Shown: positions 44,661 through 53,563 of the stretch, one piece after another
Numbering within the stretch: position 1 is the stretch's first letter
How the letters are laid out: every line of letters begins with the position of its first letter
From: Eubacteriales bacterium
Lineage (GTDB): Bacteria > Bacillota > Clostridia > Oscillospirales > CAG-272
DNA: 64,000 nucleotides
Reading direction: 5' to 3'
NCBI GenBank assembly: GCA_045586225.1
Contig: JAZMZX010000128.1
Coordinates: 95-64,094, forward strand
Position numbers and translations under genes: made by a program
Notes under the pieces: model-generated
Database searches by the model: none
Told to the model about the DNA's origin: nothing
Seen by the model: the letters and a program-made list of their open reading frames with translations, nothing else

Positions 44661-44685
44661 CCACCGCAGAAAGGAGGCGAGAGCC

Positions 44686-45951
44686 GTGATGCAAAGCAAA
44701 AAAGGCGCCCCCGCAAAGGGGATGCTCATAAAAAACACCGTGATGCTGGCTGTCCTGCAGCTTTCCACGTACGTGCTGGCTCTTGCCGCCGTCCCCTATG
44801 AGACCCGCGTGCTGGGTCCCGAGGCATACGGCACCGTGGGCGTGATGACAGCGGTGACCGTGTACTTCGCTCTTTTCATCGATTTCGGATTTCTGGTCTC
44901 GGCAGTTGCCGACGTTTCCGCCAAAAGAGACTCCTCAAAAGAGCTTTCACGCATCTTCACCTCCGTTACAGCCTGCAGGCTGCTGCTTGCGCTCATCTCG
45001 CTGCCCGTGATTTTTGGGCTGACGCTTGTTATCCCTCAGTGGCGCGAGAGCAGAGGACTTCTGCTCCTCTTCTTCGCCGCCACCGCCGTCACCTCCCTTC
45101 TCCCCGACTTCATCTACCGCGGCCTCGAAAAAATGGCCGCCATCACCCTGCGCACCGTTTTCGTCCGCGGCTTTTTCACAGCCGCCATATTCCTCTTTCT
45201 GCGCTCCCCCGAGGACGTTTACCTCATCCCCCTTCTGAATCTTATCGGCGGCATCATCGCCCTTCTATGGTCTCTTCTCGACCTTCGCCGCCATTCCATA
45301 GTGCCTGTGAGAGTGTCTCTTCGCGATGTGAAGGATGCCTTCCGCCGCTCATTCGGCTTCTTTGCCTCCCGTATGGCAACCACCGCCTACACAGCTCTCA
45401 ACACCGTTATCTTAGACCTTATTGCGCGGGGCGGCGCCGTTACGGGATTTTATACGTCTGCCGACAAGCTTATCGTCACCGGCAGAAACCTGCTCTCCCC
45501 CGTGTCTGACAGTCTCTATCCCTATATGGTGAAAAACCGCGATTTCAGGCTGGCAAAGCGCCTGCTTCTGATATCGACCCCCATCATCTTTGCCGCATCA
45601 CTGACCGTGTTTATTTATGCCCGTGAGCTTTGCATATTCATTTTCGGTGCCGAATACGGCCCCGCAGGAGACGTGCTCCGCGCAATGATGCCCGTTGCCG
45701 TTTTCACCCTGCCGAATTACGTTTGCGGATTCCCCGTGCTCACCGCTATGGGCATCGGCAAATACGCAAACGTCTCCGTCATCTTCGGCTCCGTGCTCCA
45801 CGTTGCAGCTCTTTTGCTCCTGTGGCTCACGGGCAGCATAACGACCGTATCCCTGGCCGCCCTCGTTTCTCTCACAGAGGGGGCAATACTCGCATTCCGC
45901 CTTGCTGTGATCGCAAAACACAGCGGCGCCCGAAAGGAGAAGGACCTGTGA
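44686..45951 (+). CDS. Wzx-type oligosaccharide flippase (MOP superfamily)
   Basis: 421 aa, ~12 helices, N-terminal KNTVMLAVLQLSTYVLALAAVPY pattern. AGGAGG RBS. Confidence 0.7.
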   Translation: MMQSKKGAPAKGMLIKNTVMLAVLQLSTYVLALAAVPYETRVLGPEAYGTVGVMTAVTVYFALFIDFGFLVSAVADVSAKRDSSKELSRIFTSVTACRLLLALISLPVIFGLTLVIPQWRESRGLLLLFFAATAVTSLLPDFIYRGLEKMAAITLRTVFVRGFFTAAIFLFLRSPEDVYLIPLLNLIGGIIALLWSLLDLRRHSIVPVRVSLRDVKDAFRRSFGFFASRMATTAYTALNTVILDLIARGGAVTGFYTSADKLIVTGRNLLSPVSDSLYPYMVKNRDFRLAKRLLLISTPIIFAASLTVFIYARELCIFIFGAEYGPAGDVLRAMMPVAVFTLPNYVCGFPVLTAMGIGKYANVSVIFGSVLHVAALLLLWLTGSITTVSLAALVSLTEGAILAFRLAVIAKHSGARKEKDL

Positions 45952-47081
45952 AAGCGCTTATAAGAAACGCCGCCTCCCGCGCCGCCTGGGTGCTTTGCAG
46001 TCTTTTGCCCGTCAAGGAGGATAAGGTCGTCTTTATCAGCTTCGGAGGCAAGGGCTTCGGCGGAAACCCAAAGGCTGTGGCGCTTGCCCTTCACGAGCTG
46101 CGCCCGGATCTTGATCTCGTGTGGCTCACCAAGGAGCCCCGCCACGGGCTCCCCGATTTTATCCGCCCCGTCCCCTTCGGCTCCTTTGCCGCCGTGCGTG
46201 AGCTTTCCCGTGCCAAGGTGTGGGTGAACGACAGCCGAGGCGGAGAGCGTCGCAAGAAAAAGAATCAGTTTTATCTTCAGACCTGGCACGGCTTTGCCCA
46301 CAAAAGGATCGAAGCTGCCGCCGAGCAAAGCCTGCCCGAAAGCTACATACGCCAGTGCAGGCGCGACTCCTCCCACATCGACCTTATCGTTTCGGGAAGC
46401 CGCTTTATGACAGAAATATACCGCCGTGATTTCTGGTATTCCGGAAGGATCGCAGAATACGGCACTCCGCGAAACGACGTTTTTTTCGGCAGCGCCGAAA
46501 AAACGCGCCAAGCGGTGCGCCGAGCCCTTTCCGTTCCCGATGAAAGAAGGCTTGTGCTATACGCCCCCACCTTTCGCCGCGACGGCTCTCTCGACGCCTG
46601 CAGGCTCAGTCTCTCCGCCGTCACGGAGGCCTGCGCCCACCGCTTCGGCGGTGAGTGGACGGCGCTGGTGCGCCTGCATCCAAATCTGGCAGATAAGTCC
46701 CCGGAGCTCCTCACGGGAAACGGCTCCGCTGTGGACGTGACCTCCTACCCCGATATGCAGGAGCTGCTTACTGCAGCAGACGTGCTTATAACAGATTATT
46801 CCTCGTCCATGTTCGATTTTGCCCTCACGGGAAGGCCCTGCTTCCGCTTCGCCGCCGACATTGAATCTTATCTTGCCGACCGGGGATTTTATTTCCCGCC
46901 GGAGTCGCTCCCATTTCCGCTGGCCGCAAACGAGCGGGCCCTCTCGCTCAGCATCCTCAGCTTCGACGAGGATGAATACGGCGTCCGTCTTGCCCGATTC
47001 GTGGAGGATAAAGGCTTCTGCGAGGACGGAAAGGCATCCCGCCGCGCGGCAGAGGAAATACTCTCACACATAAAGCGCTGA
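45948..47081 (+). CDS. CDP-glycerol glycerophosphotransferase (TagB/TagF family)
   Basis: FYLQTWHG, LYAPTFR, LVRLHPN and VLITDYSSSMFDF motifs. GTG 45948 overlaps the flippase stop (GTGA) with RBS aaaggagaagg. The tracked start 45630 is rejected. Confidence 0.8.
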   Translation: MKALIRNAASRAAWVLCSLLPVKEDKVVFISFGGKGFGGNPKAVALALHELRPDLDLVWLTKEPRHGLPDFIRPVPFGSFAAVRELSRAKVWVNDSRGGERRKKKNQFYLQTWHGFAHKRIEAAAEQSLPESYIRQCRRDSSHIDLIVSGSRFMTEIYRRDFWYSGRIAEYGTPRNDVFFGSAEKTRQAVRRALSVPDERRLVLYAPTFRRDGSLDACRLSLSAVTEACAHRFGGEWTALVRLHPNLADKSPELLTGNGSAVDVTSYPDMQELLTAADVLITDYSSSMFDFALTGRPCFRFAADIESYLADRGFYFPPESLPFPLAANERALSLSILSFDEDEYGVRLARFVEDKGFCEDGKASRRAAEEILSHIKR

Positions 47082-47111
47082 CGAAAAGCCACGGCGCATG
47101 AGGAGAAACAT

Positions 47112-47504
47112 ATGAAAAAAGTTATCACATACGGCACCTTCGACCTGCTCCACTACGGACATATAAATCTTCTGAAGCGGGCAAGAGAACTTGGCGACTA
47201 TCTTATCGTTGCTCTTTCCACGGATGAATTCAACAAAAACGAAAAGGGCAAGGATAGCTACTTTTCCTATGAGGAACGGCGCGCGCTCCTTTCCGCCATA
47301 AAATACGTGGACATGGTGATCCCCGAGGAAAGCTGGGAGCAGAAGCTTACGGACGTGGAAAAGTACGGGGTGGACGTTTTCGTTATCGGCGACGACTGGG
47401 AGGGAAAATTCGATTTCCTTTCGGAAAAATGCCGCGTTGTCTACCTGCCCCGCACACCCGAGATCTCTTCCAGCCGCATCAGGGAGGATCTTTCCGCACA
47501 ATAA
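47112..47504 (+). CDS. tagD: Glycerol-3-phosphate cytidylyltransferase
   Basis: MKKVITYGTFDLLHYGHINLLKRARELGDYLIVALSTDEFN, RTPEISSSRIR; 130 aa. Confidence 0.9.
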   Translation: MKKVITYGTFDLLHYGHINLLKRARELGDYLIVALSTDEFNKNEKGKDSYFSYEERRALLSAIKYVDMVIPEESWEQKLTDVEKYGVDVFVIGDDWEGKFDFLSEKCRVVYLPRTPEISSSRIREDLSAQ

Positions 47505-47505
47505 A

Positions 47506-47550
47506 ACAAAAACCGCCTTCGGTATACCCGAAGGCGGTTTGTTTTCGTTT
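47506..47550. terminator. Bidirectional intrinsic terminator
   Basis: 13-bp stem aaaccgccttcgg / ccgaaggcggttt (47510-47540) flanked by an A-rich and a T-rich run. Confidence 0.8.
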
Positions 47551-48253
47551 ATTTTTCAAGGTATGAAAGAGCATCCTCAATTATGGAGGACTGCCCCGCC
47601 ATAACGAGCTCCTTATAATCCTCAACGGAGGTGAGCCTTCTGCCAAACGCCATGGCGCACTGAGGAGAGCCGGGGTTGCCGTGGAAATCGGAGCCGCAGG
47701 TGCGGCGGAGCCCATAATGCTCTGCAAAGAAATTGCTGATCTCGGAATCCTTTGGAGTCTTGTTCACGGTGCAGTTATACACCTCTGCCGCATCTGTCAG
47801 GCGGGGGAAAAGCCTGATGAAGGGCACCCAGGGAGCCTCTCTGAAGGGATGTGCCTGAGAAAGGAACGCGCCTGCCTCGTGAGCTCTTTGGCAGTATTCG
47901 TTTACGCTCCAGCGGCAAACGTCGGGATTATCCAGCAGCCACTCCTTCGTGAGACCGTAGGTGAGTATCTCTGTGCCGCCGTGGCAGTACTCCCAGCCGA
48001 AGAACACATCAAGACCTACCTCGTCTCCTCGCTTTTTTGCATTTTCATAGCCCTGCATAAACCGCTCCACTCTTTCCTCCCAGGGAAGGTCGCGGGGAAC
48101 GGCACAGTTGCCGTTGAAAAAATGGTCCGTGATGATAACGCCCGTGTAGCCGAGAGCCTTATAGTGGTCAACGGCGTCGGCGCCGGAAATTCTTGAGCAG
48201 GCACTGCCCTCAAGCGTGTGCATATGCGCTTCGTATAAATACTTCTTTTCCAT
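47549..48253 (-). CDS. PHP-domain metal-dependent phosphoesterase
   Basis: EAHMHTLEGSAC, VIITDHF and SDFHG His/Asp clusters typical of the PHP fold. Confidence 0.65.
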   Translation of the reverse strand: MEKKYLYEAHMHTLEGSACSRISGADAVDHYKALGYTGVIITDHFFNGNCAVPRDLPWEERVERFMQGYENAKKRGDEVGLDVFFGWEYCHGGTEILTYGLTKEWLLDNPDVCRWSVNEYCQRAHEAGAFLSQAHPFREAPWVPFIRLFPRLTDAAEVYNCTVNKTPKDSEISNFFAEHYGLRRTCGSDFHGNPGSPQCAMAFGRRLTSVEDYKELVMAGQSSIIEDALSYLEK

Positions 48254-48421
48254 GTATTCTCCGAAAAATCAAATAGTGTGATCCCTTTTGCTTAATGTTA
48301 TTTTACATTTTCCGCGCACCGGTGTCAAGGTGGGATAAAGACGAAAAAAGTATTTTAATCCGTGATAAAGTATGATACAATAATAAGGTAACGTATGTCC
48401 AGGAAGAAAGGAGGCCGAAAC

Positions 48422-51421
48422 GTGAAAAGGACGTCGGCAATGCTTGCCATATTCATATCACTCATTTTAATATCAGCGGCAACGGTCTGCGTTTTGGCTG
48501 AAAGCTCCGGCAGGGACAGCAGTCTCACCGTCGACAGTATGTCGTCTCCGCTTCTCTGGCGTGACACAGATTCCATTGTCAGCGGCACATCCGTTTCCAA
48601 GGAAGCATACAGCGACGAAAGCCACACCTCCCCCCTGGGAGAAGACGACAGCGGCTACACCTCGGTTTCGCGTCCGGGAGCGCTTTCGGGCGAGTCTGCC
48701 TCCATAAAGCGCACCTTTGAAGAAAGCATAAACCTTTACGGCAAAAGCGAGCTTTCATTCGACTTTTTCGCCGCCGCGCCCGAAATGGGTGCCTCCGGCA
48801 TTTCATACACCCTCACCGTCACCCTCTTTTCCGACGGCGAGGAATACGCAGCCCACTTCCCCGCGAGCCTCGGTCAGTGGCAGAAGGTGTCTCTCCCCCT
48901 TGAAGACTGGAGCAGATACACCAAGCTCACCGCCATCGCCATTTCCCTCTCCGTGGACATAATGGGAGAGCGCACCGCCGACATCTCTTATTCCGTCGAC
49001 AACATCATCGCCTCCGGCACGGCGGACACAAGCTTTGAGGATACCTTTCTCAGCCGCAGCTTCGAGGCAACGGGCGCTCATCTTTTCACAAGCGACGCCC
49101 ACGGCACCCTCACCCTGAGGCACACCGCCTCCGCCTCCGTCACAGGCTTTGCAAGCTTCCGCGACCGCGGCGCCCTGAAGGACCACAACACTTTGCGAAT
49201 GGTGCTCACCACAGACGGCGCCGTGAATATTAAGCTTTTGGTTTCGCATTCCGACGGGGAGGCCTTCATCGGTGACACCGTCACCGTTTCCGCATCCACG
49301 CCCCGAGCCTTCTATTTCGAATTCCCCCGGGCATCGACGGCGGAAGCCTTTACGCTCCTTATCACGAGCGAAAAAACGGGTACCGTCGTATTTTACGGCA
49401 TCGACACCCTCTATATGCCCCCGGAGGAAGACGGCGGCGGTCAGGCTGAGGAGCTGGGCAGCCTGTCCGAATGCACCGTCGACAGCACGGGAAGCGTTAA
49501 TCTCCGCGGGACCGTTACGACAGATACAGTCGTGAATCACTATAACGGACTCCTTGCCGTTTACGCCGTCCCCTTCTACGAAGACGCAGAGCGATACATT
49601 ATCTCATCATCTCCGCTCGCAGTGATGGCGATGACAACGAGATTCAACGTCACCATTCCCGAATTCACCCTCCCCGACGGCTTTGCGGCACACCGCTACG
49701 TTGTTGCCATCGAGGAAAACGGCGAAAAGCTCATCATAGACGAGCCCCGCCTTCCTTCATCGGACGGAGCGGGCGCCATCGTGCCCATCAGAGCAAAGAG
49801 CCTGAAGGGCATCGCATACCACAGTCTGAAGGCCGGTCAGTCCGCCGCGCTTACGGAGATAGAGGTGAACCTTTCCGAACTTGCGGGAAGCCCCTCCACA
49901 GGCAGAATGTACTCTGCCTTCGGCAAGCTCTTCTATTTCAATTCAGAATATCTGAAAAAGCTCGATGCAAAGATCAGATCTCTTTCCCTGTCGGGGACCG
50001 ACGTTTATCTCCGTCTGACGAAAAGCACCGTGACAGAGGATGGCAGAAAGCAATATGAGGCCGTCACTGCAGATACAAAGGAGCAGTTTGAAGACCTTTA
50101 TGCGGCCGTGGACTTCATCACTCAGCACTATTCCTCCGGCGACTACGGCTACGTCAGCGGAATGATCGCAGGACACACCTCGGGCGACCTGAGGCTTGAC
50201 ACGTCTCCTGCCGCAATAGCCTCGTCCATGGTAAACACCGCTGCCGTCGTTTACGGTGCAGGCATGTCAAACATAAACGATTTCCGCGTGATGCTCCCCT
50301 TTGGCGACACCTTCGTTTCCACACGTCCCGAAGAGGATGCCGGCGCTGAGCTTCTTCTGCGCCTCACAGCCCACTACGCGGAGCGCGCGGGTCTCGTTTC
50401 ATACGGCATCATCTGGCAATCGGACAAGCCGGAGTCGGACGCCCCCTTCTCCCTCGGGCTCGACGGCTCGAACACACTCAAGCAGTATCTGAACACCCTT
50501 TCGGGAACTCTTCCTTCATTCATCTTTATGGAATACACCCCCGAATCCAAATACTGCAGCACCGACATCTCTATTCTGGAGAATTATCTTGAGGCCTATT
50601 ACCTCGTCTGCGATTCCCTTTCCGTTTCGGGATTCATTTATAATCTGGACATTCCCGTGCGTGACGAAATGTGGCTTTCCTTCATTCGATATTTTGCCCT
50701 TATCGACACAGACCGATATAAGGACGCAGAGGAATACGTTGCCGCTCATTCAGCGGACGGCAAGTCTCCGACGGTTTCCGACGGTGCCGCCGGCAGAGCA
50801 CATCCCTACTGCACGATCGAGACCCCTCCCGCCCTTTCACCTCCCGGTGCAATAATCGGAAGCTACAAGCTTTTCGACTACACAGAATCCTTCGACACGG
50901 GCGGATGGTTCGCGCTGGACCCTGCAGGTGAATGCTTCACCGTTAAATCGGGAACGTCACGTATGCTCCGCGCACTTGGAAGCGGAATAATGTACTCCTG
51001 CGCTTCGTCTCCTCTGGACCTTTCCGTTTCGCCCATCATTTCCGTTGACCTGCCCTCAGCCGAGAATGGAGAATATGAGCTGATCGTTTTCTCAGACGGC
51101 GGAAGCATACGCACCGCCTTCACCTCATACGGCGCCGCCACCGTGTACGTTGACATATCCGCGCTCCCCGGGTCTGATGCCGTAACGGGCATTATGCTCC
51201 TTTCAAAGGACGGCTCATCCCGTGAGATATTCGTCAGATCGATCTCCGTTCACAGCACCGCCTTAACGGGCGAGGAGCTCAGCGCCCTTTATCTTGCCGA
51301 GGGTCCCTCCGAAAGCAAGCTGGAGGAGGAGACAAATGTCATCGAGATAGTTGCCGTTATCTTTTCAGCCATCGTGCTTTCCGCAGCGGCATTTTCGCTG
51401 ATAAAGCGATTCGACAAATAA
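48422..51421 (+). CDS. ~1000-aa extracytoplasmic protein of unknown function with N-terminal signal/anchor and C-terminal TM anchor
   Basis: AGGAGG lies 7 nt before GTG 48422 (tracked ATG 48395 is less likely). N-terminus KRTSAMLAIFISLILISAATVCVLA; C-terminus IEIVAVIFSAIVLSAAAFSLIKRFDK. No family recognised. Confidence 0.6.
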   Translation: MKRTSAMLAIFISLILISAATVCVLAESSGRDSSLTVDSMSSPLLWRDTDSIVSGTSVSKEAYSDESHTSPLGEDDSGYTSVSRPGALSGESASIKRTFEESINLYGKSELSFDFFAAAPEMGASGISYTLTVTLFSDGEEYAAHFPASLGQWQKVSLPLEDWSRYTKLTAIAISLSVDIMGERTADISYSVDNIIASGTADTSFEDTFLSRSFEATGAHLFTSDAHGTLTLRHTASASVTGFASFRDRGALKDHNTLRMVLTTDGAVNIKLLVSHSDGEAFIGDTVTVSASTPRAFYFEFPRASTAEAFTLLITSEKTGTVVFYGIDTLYMPPEEDGGGQAEELGSLSECTVDSTGSVNLRGTVTTDTVVNHYNGLLAVYAVPFYEDAERYIISSSPLAVMAMTTRFNVTIPEFTLPDGFAAHRYVVAIEENGEKLIIDEPRLPSSDGAGAIVPIRAKSLKGIAYHSLKAGQSAALTEIEVNLSELAGSPSTGRMYSAFGKLFYFNSEYLKKLDAKIRSLSLSGTDVYLRLTKSTVTEDGRKQYEAVTADTKEQFEDLYAAVDFITQHYSSGDYGYVSGMIAGHTSGDLRLDTSPAAIASSMVNTAAVVYGAGMSNINDFRVMLPFGDTFVSTRPEEDAGAELLLRLTAHYAERAGLVSYGIIWQSDKPESDAPFSLGLDGSNTLKQYLNTLSGTLPSFIFMEYTPESKYCSTDISILENYLEAYYLVCDSLSVSGFIYNLDIPVRDEMWLSFIRYFALIDTDRYKDAEEYVAAHSADGKSPTVSDGAAGRAHPYCTIETPPALSPPGAIIGSYKLFDYTESFDTGGWFALDPAGECFTVKSGTSRMLRALGSGIMYSCASSPLDLSVSPIISVDLPSAENGEYELIVFSDGGSIRTAFTSYGAATVYVDISALPGSDAVTGIMLLSKDGSSREIFVRSISVHSTALTGEELSALYLAEGPSESKLEEETNVIEIVAVIFSAIVLSAAAFSLIKRFDK

Positions 51422-51426
51422 AAGAA

Positions 51427-51463
51427 AAGCCTCCGCTTCGTTAATCGAAGCGGAGGCTTTGAT
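51427..51463. terminator. Bidirectional intrinsic terminator
   Basis: 14-bp stem aagcctccgcttcg / cgaagcggaggctt between convergent genes. Confidence 0.8.
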
Positions 51464-51469
51464 CTTTTC

Positions 51470-52765
51470 TTATTCTTCTTCCTCATCGGAGGTAAGCTTC
51501 TGTACGGTCACCTCGTTCACTCCCTTTTCATCGGAGGCAACGACGGTGAAAACGTATTTTTCATATTCGAGAGTCTCACCCGCTAAGGGTATCTGACCGA
51601 TGGTCTCTATCAACCATCCGTTCAGCGTGGTGGATTCACCTTCGAATTCTATCTTAAGAAGCCTTGCGATTCGGGAAAGCTCCGTAAGTCCGCGAAGCTT
51701 GTATCCGTCGTCGAGGCGAACGATATCGTCGGATATCCATTCATATTCGCCGAGAAGGCACTTGATAAGGTCGCTCATGGTGACGATACCGTCGGTGCCG
51801 CCGAATTCATCCACAACGACTGCGAATCTCAGCTTTTCTTCCTTCATGTGATTGAAAATATCGCTTGCCTTTGCATAGGAGGAGATAAAGCAGGGCTTGC
51901 TCACGGCCTCGTCCAGCACACGCTCCTTGGTCACATCACCGCGCAGCGTAAGATACTTCTTGACGTCCAGAACGCCCAGAATGTTATCTGCGTTTTCGGC
52001 GTAGATGGGATAATAGTCATGGACCTTCTCCCCGATAGTGTCGCGCCAATCGTCGAGGGTGTCGTCTATCTGAAGCATAGCCACCTCCTTGCGGTGCACC
52101 ATGGCTTCGCTGACGGAAAGCTCGCCAAATTCAAACACGTTCTGAATGATATTGTTCTCCTCGGCATCGATAACGCCGCGCTCAGCGCCGATATCTGCCA
52201 TCATTCGGATCTCGTCCTCGGAAACGTTTTCTTCGGTTTCGGAGGGGTCAATGCCAAGAAGACGGAGAATGCCGTTTGTGGAGATGGTGAGAAGCCACAC
52301 AACGGGCGCGAAAACCTTCGAAATAAAGGTTACGGGGCCTGAAAGGCCGAGAGCCATGGCTTCGGATTTTCCCATTGCAAGGCGCTTCGGCACAAGCTCG
52401 CCGAAAACGAGGGTCACAAAGGAAAGGATAAGCGTAATAAGGACAACGGCAACAGCGTCAAGCGTTGCCTCGGAAACGGGGATGCCCGTGGACACCAGCC
52501 ATCTCACGATCGGATCGGAAAAATTGTCTGCCGCAAACGCACTTCCCAAAAATCCCGAAAGGGTTATGGCCACCTGAATGGTAGCAAGGAAACGCGCAGG
52601 CTCACGGGTCAGCTTGCGGAGACGCTTTGCACCGCGGCTGCCCTCGTCGCACATTCTCTCAAGCTTAGCCTCGCTGACGGAAAGCACTGCGATCTCAGCG
52701 CAGGCAAAAACAGCGTTCAAAAATATAAGTATTACTTGTAATAAAAGCGATTGCCACAAATTCAT
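51470..52765 (-). CDS. CNNM/HlyC-CorC family transporter (DUF21-CBS pair-CorC_HlyC)
   Basis: DUF21 N-terminus LLQVILIFLNAVFACAEIAVLSV, a CBS pair and a C-terminal CorC_HlyC-like domain. Confidence 0.85.
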   Translation of the reverse strand: MNLWQSLLLQVILIFLNAVFACAEIAVLSVSEAKLERMCDEGSRGAKRLRKLTREPARFLATIQVAITLSGFLGSAFAADNFSDPIVRWLVSTGIPVSEATLDAVAVVLITLILSFVTLVFGELVPKRLAMGKSEAMALGLSGPVTFISKVFAPVVWLLTISTNGILRLLGIDPSETEENVSEDEIRMMADIGAERGVIDAEENNIIQNVFEFGELSVSEAMVHRKEVAMLQIDDTLDDWRDTIGEKVHDYYPIYAENADNILGVLDVKKYLTLRGDVTKERVLDEAVSKPCFISSYAKASDIFNHMKEEKLRFAVVVDEFGGTDGIVTMSDLIKCLLGEYEWISDDIVRLDDGYKLRGLTELSRIARLLKIEFEGESTTLNGWLIETIGQIPLAGETLEYEKYVFTVVASDEKGVNEVTVQKLTSDEEEE

Positions 52766-52943
52766 ATAAGTTCACTCCCAATTCAATAATAAAGATTCCG
52801 TTTTTGGTTCAGGCTCAGAGCCGGAGCACGTAAACCCATCGGGAGCGATAAACTGCGGTACTGTTCGGGTCCTGGGATGAATCGCCGGGACAACTGTCCG
52901 TATTCATTAAATATGATCCTCACTTTCGGATGATATATACTGA
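52766..52943 (-). promoter_or_regulatory. ~180-nt structured 5' leader with anti-Shine-Dalgarno element (unclassified cis-regulator candidate)
   Basis: The leader runs from the predicted TSS to ATG 52765. The RNA segment CGCUCCCGAU (plus-strand coordinates 52838-52847) can pair with AUUGGGAGUG, which covers the SD (52773-52782). Several local hairpins. Confidence 0.4.
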
Positions 52944-52949
52944 ATTTGA

Positions 52950-52978
52950 ATTGTACCAAAAAGTCGAAAAAAAATCAA
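52950..52978 (-). promoter_or_regulatory. Candidate sigma-A promoter of the CNNM gene
   Basis: On the minus strand: TTGATT (52978-52973), 17-nt spacer, TACAAT (52955-52950). Confidence 0.6.
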
Positions 52979-53005
52979 CACATATTCAGAAAACAACTGA
53001 ATAAT

Positions 53006-53038
53006 TTAAAAAACGGAGCATTACGGCTCCGTTTTTTA
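53006..53038. terminator. Intrinsic terminator downstream of the zinc-ribbon gene
   Basis: Stem acggagc / gctccgt flanked by aaaaaa and tttttt. Confidence 0.7.
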
Positions 53039-53044
53039 AATTGA

Positions 53045-53413
53045 TTATTCCTCAAAGGTGAACTTCTTTCCGCAGTGGTTGCAGTAGAAGCTTTCCTCGT
53101 CCACTTCCTCGCCGCAGGCATCGCAAAGGAGCTTGTGCTTTGCAGAGGCAAGCGTCAGGCGGTAGCCCTTGATCTCCTCGGTGAGCTCCGCTACGTCTGC
53201 CATAAGATCGCTGATAGCTTCGGTGGTGTCTGCCCCCTCCATTACTGCCGTGTAGTAAAGGCGGCCAATGCCCTCATAGGTGCAGGAAAGCTTTGTTTCC
53301 GCAAGATAAAGCTTATACTTCACCTTAGCGGCATTTTTGATCTCGCCTGCTTTTTTCACGGTATAGCTTGCCGCGTCGGTCGCGGTCTTCGTTACGTCGT
53401 CCCAGAATCTCAT
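53045..53413 (-). CDS. Zinc-ribbon domain protein
   Basis: 122 aa: helical N-part plus CDACGEEVDEESFYCNHCG. RBS ggagg. Confidence 0.55.
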   Translation of the reverse strand: MRFWDDVTKTATDAASYTVKKAGEIKNAAKVKYKLYLAETKLSCTYEGIGRLYYTAVMEGADTTEAISDLMADVAELTEEIKGYRLTLASAKHKLLCDACGEEVDEESFYCNHCGKKFTFEE

Positions 53414-53447
53414 ATTAACCTCCGTCAGGATGCTTATTCTACATTCT

Positions 53448-53477
53448 ATATTACACCAAATATATATTGATTGTCAA
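53448..53477 (-). promoter_or_regulatory. Candidate sigma-A promoter of the zinc-ribbon gene
   Basis: On the minus strand: TTGACA (53477-53472), 18-nt spacer, TAATAT (53453-53448). Confidence 0.5.
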
Positions 53478-53563
53478 ACCGAAAAATGCATTCGCCGTCA
53501 AACTTTAATAGCGCAACGGAAAGCGGAGCATAATAACGTCAAAGCATTATTCGGGAGGAACAG

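Noticed and set aside
45630-45947. Tracked 5' extension of the TagF-like ORF (start 45630) overlapping the flippase gene by 320 nt.
   Set aside because: The extension translates to an Arg/Pro-rich nonsense-like sequence in an alternative frame of the flippase. GTG 45948 has a strong RBS and a GTGA stop/start overlap, and homology starts there.
47549-48253. The PHP-domain protein, considered as a CpsB/Wzh-type capsule tyrosine phosphatase belonging to the glycopolymer locus.
   Set aside because: It is on the opposite strand behind a strong bidirectional terminator. No CpsC/CpsD kinase pair is present, and the N-terminal motif does not resemble the CpsB pattern I recall.
52766-52943. The CNNM leader, considered as an M-box (Mg2+) or yybP-ykoY (Mn2+) riboswitch.
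   Set aside because: By-eye comparison found only scattered short similarities (GUGAGG, AUGGGU). The leader is shorter than an M-box, and the conserved junction sequences are missing. It is kept as an unclassified leader instead.
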